This document shows, in pieces, positions 60,201-64,000 of a stretch of 64,000 nucleotides of DNA. The stretch is taken from NCBI GenBank assembly GCA_002269645.1, contig NIVC01002295.1, positions 124,001 through 188,000 of the forward strand, read 5' to 3'. The notes beneath the pieces were generated by a model. The model was given only the letters and a program-made list of their open reading frames with translations. It did not search any database and had not been told where the DNA came from. The translations under genes were made by a program, and so were the position numbers. How positions within the stretch are numbered: position 1 is the first letter of the stretch; each line of letters begins with the position of its first letter. Source of the DNA: Macrostomum lignano (lineage: Eukaryota).

Positions 60201-63200
60201 TCACGATCCGGCCTGCGTTGTGCTGTGCAATTCCACACAGAAATGGTTCTGCAATGGCCGCGGCAATACTAGCGGATCGCATATTGTTAATCATCTGGTC
60301 CGGGCTAAGACTAAGACTGTTAGTCTGCACAAGGACAGTCCGCTTGGCGCTACTGAGCTGGAGTGCTACGTCTGCGGATCTAAGAATGTCTTTCTGCTGG
60401 GCTACATTCCGGCTAAAGCAGATTCCGTGGTTGTGCTGCTCTGCAGACAGCCGTGCGCCTCGCAGAAGAAGGACATGAATTTGGACTCCAATCTGTGGGA
60501 GCCGCTTATCCAGGATCGCCAGTTTCTGTCCTGGATGGTGGGAGGCTTTGGGTTTTATTTTCTATGCTATTGTCACAGTTTTGTGTGCCCCCCCTCTGCC
60601 TGTCACACTGATCATCACGGCTTTGTGTGTGACCCCCTCTGCCTGTCACACTGATTGACATGCTTGTCCACCAGCTGTCACACTGATTGACATGCTTGTC
60701 CACCAGCTGTCACACTGATTGACATGCTTGTCCACCAGCTGTCACACTGATTGACATGCTTGTCCACCAGCTGTCACACTGATTGACATGCTTGTCCACC
60801 AGCTGTCACACTGATTGACATGCTTGTCCACCAGCTGTCACACTGATTGACATGCTTGTCCACCAGCTGTCACACTGATCCGACCCCACCCTACGATCCG
60901 CAGGTGAAGGTGCCCTCGTCAGAGGAGCAGATGCGGGCCAGGCAGATGAGCGCCGCCCAGATGAACAAGCTGGAGGAACTGTGGAAAAGCAACCCCGCCG
61001 CCACGCTAGAGGATCTGGAGAAACCGGGCGTAGACGAGGAGCCGAATCGGGTGACGCTACGCTACCAGGATGCCTATCAGTATCAGAACATACTGGGCCC
61101 GCTAGTTAAACTGGAGGCAGAGTACGACCGCCGGCTGAAGGAGTCTCAGACTCAGGAGAGCATCAGCGTGCGCTGGGACATGGGCCTCAATAAAAAGCGA
61201 ATAGCCTATTTTCAATTCTCTCGCGCTAACGAAGAATTAAAAATTATGCACGGCGACGAGCTGCGACTTCGCTATATGGGCGACTCGGCCAAGCCTTGGG
61301 TTGGCGTCGGCAACGTCATCAAGATACCCGACAATCACAGCGACGATGTGGCCATCGAGTTGAAGAACAACGCCGGCACGCCGATAGAATGCCAGCACAA
61401 TTTCGCGGTAGAATACGTTTGGAAAAGCATCAGCTTCGATCGAATGCAATCGGCCCTAAAAAAGTTTGCCGTCGATGAGCACTGCGTCACTTCTCATATC
61501 TATCACAAACTGCTTGGGCACGACACTGACGATATTGTGTTCAAGTGCCAACTGCCTAAGCGGTTCTCTGCACCTGGTCTGCCTGAGCTCAATCACAGTC
61601 AGGTGAGTTTTACCTGGGGACTGGCTTTGATGGCAGTTCTGATCAGGTGTGTTTTACCTGGGGACTGGCTTTGATGGCAGTTCTGATCAGGTGTGTTTTA
61701 CCTGGGGACTGGCTTTGATGGCAGTTCTGATCAGGTGTGTTTTACCTGGGGACTGGCTTTGATGGCAGTTCTGATCAGGTGTGTTTTACCTGGGGACTGG
61801 CTTTGGTGGCAGTTCTGATCAGGTGTGTTTTACCTGGGGACTGGCTTTGATGGCAGTTCTGATCAGGTGTGTTTTACCTGGGGACTGGCTTTGGTGGCAG
61901 TTCTGATCAGGTGTGTTTTACCTGGGGACTGGCTTTGATGGCAGTTCTGATCAGGTGTGCTTTACCTGGGGACTGGCTTTGATGGCAGTTCTGATCAGGT
62001 GTGTTTTACCTGGGGACTGGCTTTGATGGCAGTTCTGATCAGGTGAGTTTTACTTAGGGACTGGCTTTGATGGCAGTTCTGATCAGGTGTGTTTTACCTG
62101 GGGACTGGCTTTGCTGGCAGTTCTGATCAGGTGTGTTTTACCTGGGGACTGGCTTTGGTGGCAGTTCTGATCAGGTGTGTTTACCTGGGGACTGGGTTTG
62201 GTGGCAGTTCTGATCAGGTGTGTTTTACCTGGGGACTGGCTTTGGTGGCAGTTCTGATCAGGTGTGTTTTACCTGGGGACTGGCTTTGATGGCAGTTCTG
62301 ATCAGGTGTGTTTTACCTGGGGACTGGCTTTGATGGCAGTTCTGATCAGGTGAGTTTTACCTGGGGACTGGCTTTGATGGCAGTTCTGATCAGGTGTGTT
62401 TTACCTGGGGACTGGCTTTGATGGCAGTTCTGATCAGGTGTGTTTTACCTGGGGACTGGCTTTGATGGCAGTTCTGATCAGGTGTGTTTTACCTGGGGAC
62501 TGGCTTTGATGGCAGTTCTGATCAGGTGAGTTTTACCTGGGGACTGGCTTTGATGGCAGTTCTGATCAGGTGTGTTTTACCTGGGGACTGGCTTTGCTGG
62601 CAGTTCTGATCAGGTGTGTTTTACCTGGGGACTGGCTTTGATGGCAGTTCTGATCAGGTGTGTTTTACCTGGGGACTGGCTTTGATGGCAGTTCTGATCA
62701 GGTGTGTTTTACCTGGGGACTGGCTTTGATGGCAGTTCTGATCAGGTGTGTTTTACCTGGGGACTGGCTTTGATGGGAGTTCTGATCAGGTGTGTTTTAC
62801 CTGGGGACTGGCTTTGGTGGCAGTTCTGATCAGGTGTGTTTTACCTGGGGACTGGCTTTGCTGGCAGTTCTGATCAGGTGTGTTTTACCTGGGGACTGGC
62901 TTTGATGGCAGTTCTGATCAGGTGTGTTTTACCTAGGGACTGGCTTTGGTGGCAGTTCTGATCAGGTGTGTTTTAACTGGGGACTGGCTTTGATGGCAGT
63001 TCTGATCAGGTGTGTTTTACCTGGGGACTGGCTTTGCTGGCAGTTCTGATCAGGTGTGTTTTACCTGGGGACTGGCTTTGATGGCAGTTCTGATCAGGTG
63101 TGTTTTACCTGGGGACTGGCTTTGATGGCAGTTCTGATCAGGTGTGTTTTACCTGGGGACTGGCTTTGATGGCAGTTCTGATCAGGTGTGTTTTACCTGG

Positions 63201-64000
63201 GGACTGGCTTTGATGGCAGTTCTGATCAGGTGAGTTTTACCTGGGGACTGGCTTTGATGGCAGTTCTGATCAGGTGTGTTTTACCTGGGGACTGGCTTTG
63301 GTGGCAGTTCTGATCAGGTGTGTTTTACCTGGGGACTGGCTTTGATGGCAGTTCTGATCAGGTGTGTTTTACCTGGGGACTGGCTTTGATGGCAGTTCTG
63401 ATCAGGTGTGTTTTACCTGGGGACTGGCTTTGATGGCAGTTCTGATCAGGTGTGTTTTACCTGGGGACTGGCTTTGATGGCAGTTCTGATCAGGTGTGTT
63501 TTACCTGGGGACTGGCTTTGATGGGAGTCTGATCATGTGTTTTTTACCTGGGGACTGGCTTTGATGGGAGTCTGATCAGGTGTGTTTTACCTGGGGACTG
63601 GCTTTGATGGGAGTCTGATCAGGTGTGTTTTACCTGGGGACTGGCTTTGATCGGAGTCTGATCAGGTGTGTTTTACCTGGAGACTGGCTATATTCTGTTA
63701 TATATTCTACGATATTCTATTATTGGCAATAGTTTTTTAATTGGAATAATTGTTTACCTTAGAATTGAGCAGGTGTTTAACAAGCTGTGCCAACCCCACT
63801 TCGGATCAGGTTTACGCTGTCAAGACAGTTCTGCAGCGACCGCTAAGCCTTATTCAAGGCCCGCCAGGCACGGGCAAGACTCTAACCTCGGCTACAATAG
63901 TATACCACCTGTCCAAGCTCAACCAAGGCCAGGTGCTGGTGTGCGCCCCGAGCAACATAGCAGTTGACCAGCTGACTGAGAAGATTCACAAGACCGGCCT
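54237..64000 (+). CDS. UPF1: Regulator of nonsense transcripts 1 (UPF1 helicase), 5' part
   Basis: Exons 54237-54443 ([10 protein letters not shown]...DTQGTDFE), 60022-60537 (CH domain [11 protein letters not shown]...), 60904-61602, 63810->64000 ([24 protein letters not shown]), all phase 0. The gene continues beyond the window. Confidence 0.95.
56640..58260. mobile_element. Heavily decayed, CpG-depleted coding-like relic in UPF1 intron 1
   Basis: Moderate GC and codon-like texture but riddled with stops and almost no CG dinucleotides; family not identifiable. Confidence 0.4.
59385..59817. mobile_element. Possible MITE end fragments (CAAGATCTT-rich subterminal repeats)
   Basis: Two similar ends, GATCTTGTCCAACCCCTA (~59462-59479) and GATCTTGCCCAATCCTA (~59801-59817), preceded by CAAGAT repeats; no TSD established. 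Confidence 0.3.
60600..60880. repeat. 32-bp intronic minisatellite (UPF1 intron 2)
   Basis: Unit TGCTTGTCCACCAGCTGTCACACTGATTGACA. Confidence 0.94.
61603..63690 (+). repeat. 44-bp minisatellite filling UPF1 intron 3; each unit is GT...AG
   Basis: Unit GTG(T/A)GTTTTACCTGGGGACTGGCTTTGATGGCAGTTCTGATCAG, about 47 copies, beginning exactly at the donor. Confidence 0.97.

Overview
Eukaryotic, gene-dense animal DNA with GC-rich exons and introns packed with minisatellites. The style strongly suggests a free-living flatworm such as Macrostomum (inference from composition, not a database match). Contents in order: a complete, very young Ty3/Gypsy LTR retrotransposon (65-5087; identical 209-bp LTRs, ATAC TSD, -1 frameshift signal, one extra frameshift in pol), apparently inside an intron of an ANKS1-like SAM+PTB gene; ATP6V1F, PRPSAP and a CED-6/GULP-like PTB adaptor on the minus strand; a tRNA-derived CORE-type SINE; an unknown 439-aa ORF; FAIM; SmD3; an intronless chromodomain+ankyrin+C-terminal-domain protein resembling MPP8 (HUSH complex); a 954-bp non-autonomous DNA transposon with an 8-bp TSD; a decayed ionotropic glutamate receptor remnant; a CD225/dispanin gene; an RTE-like LINE fragment; a Cys/Pro-repeat ORF; a double alpha-crystallin small HSP with two perfect heat-shock elements; and the 5' part of UPF1, whose third intron is a ~47-copy array of 44-bp GT...AG intron-like units. 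No CRISPR or prokaryotic features are present. Most long ORFs over repeats in the supplied track are artefacts. All exon boundaries were inferred by eye.
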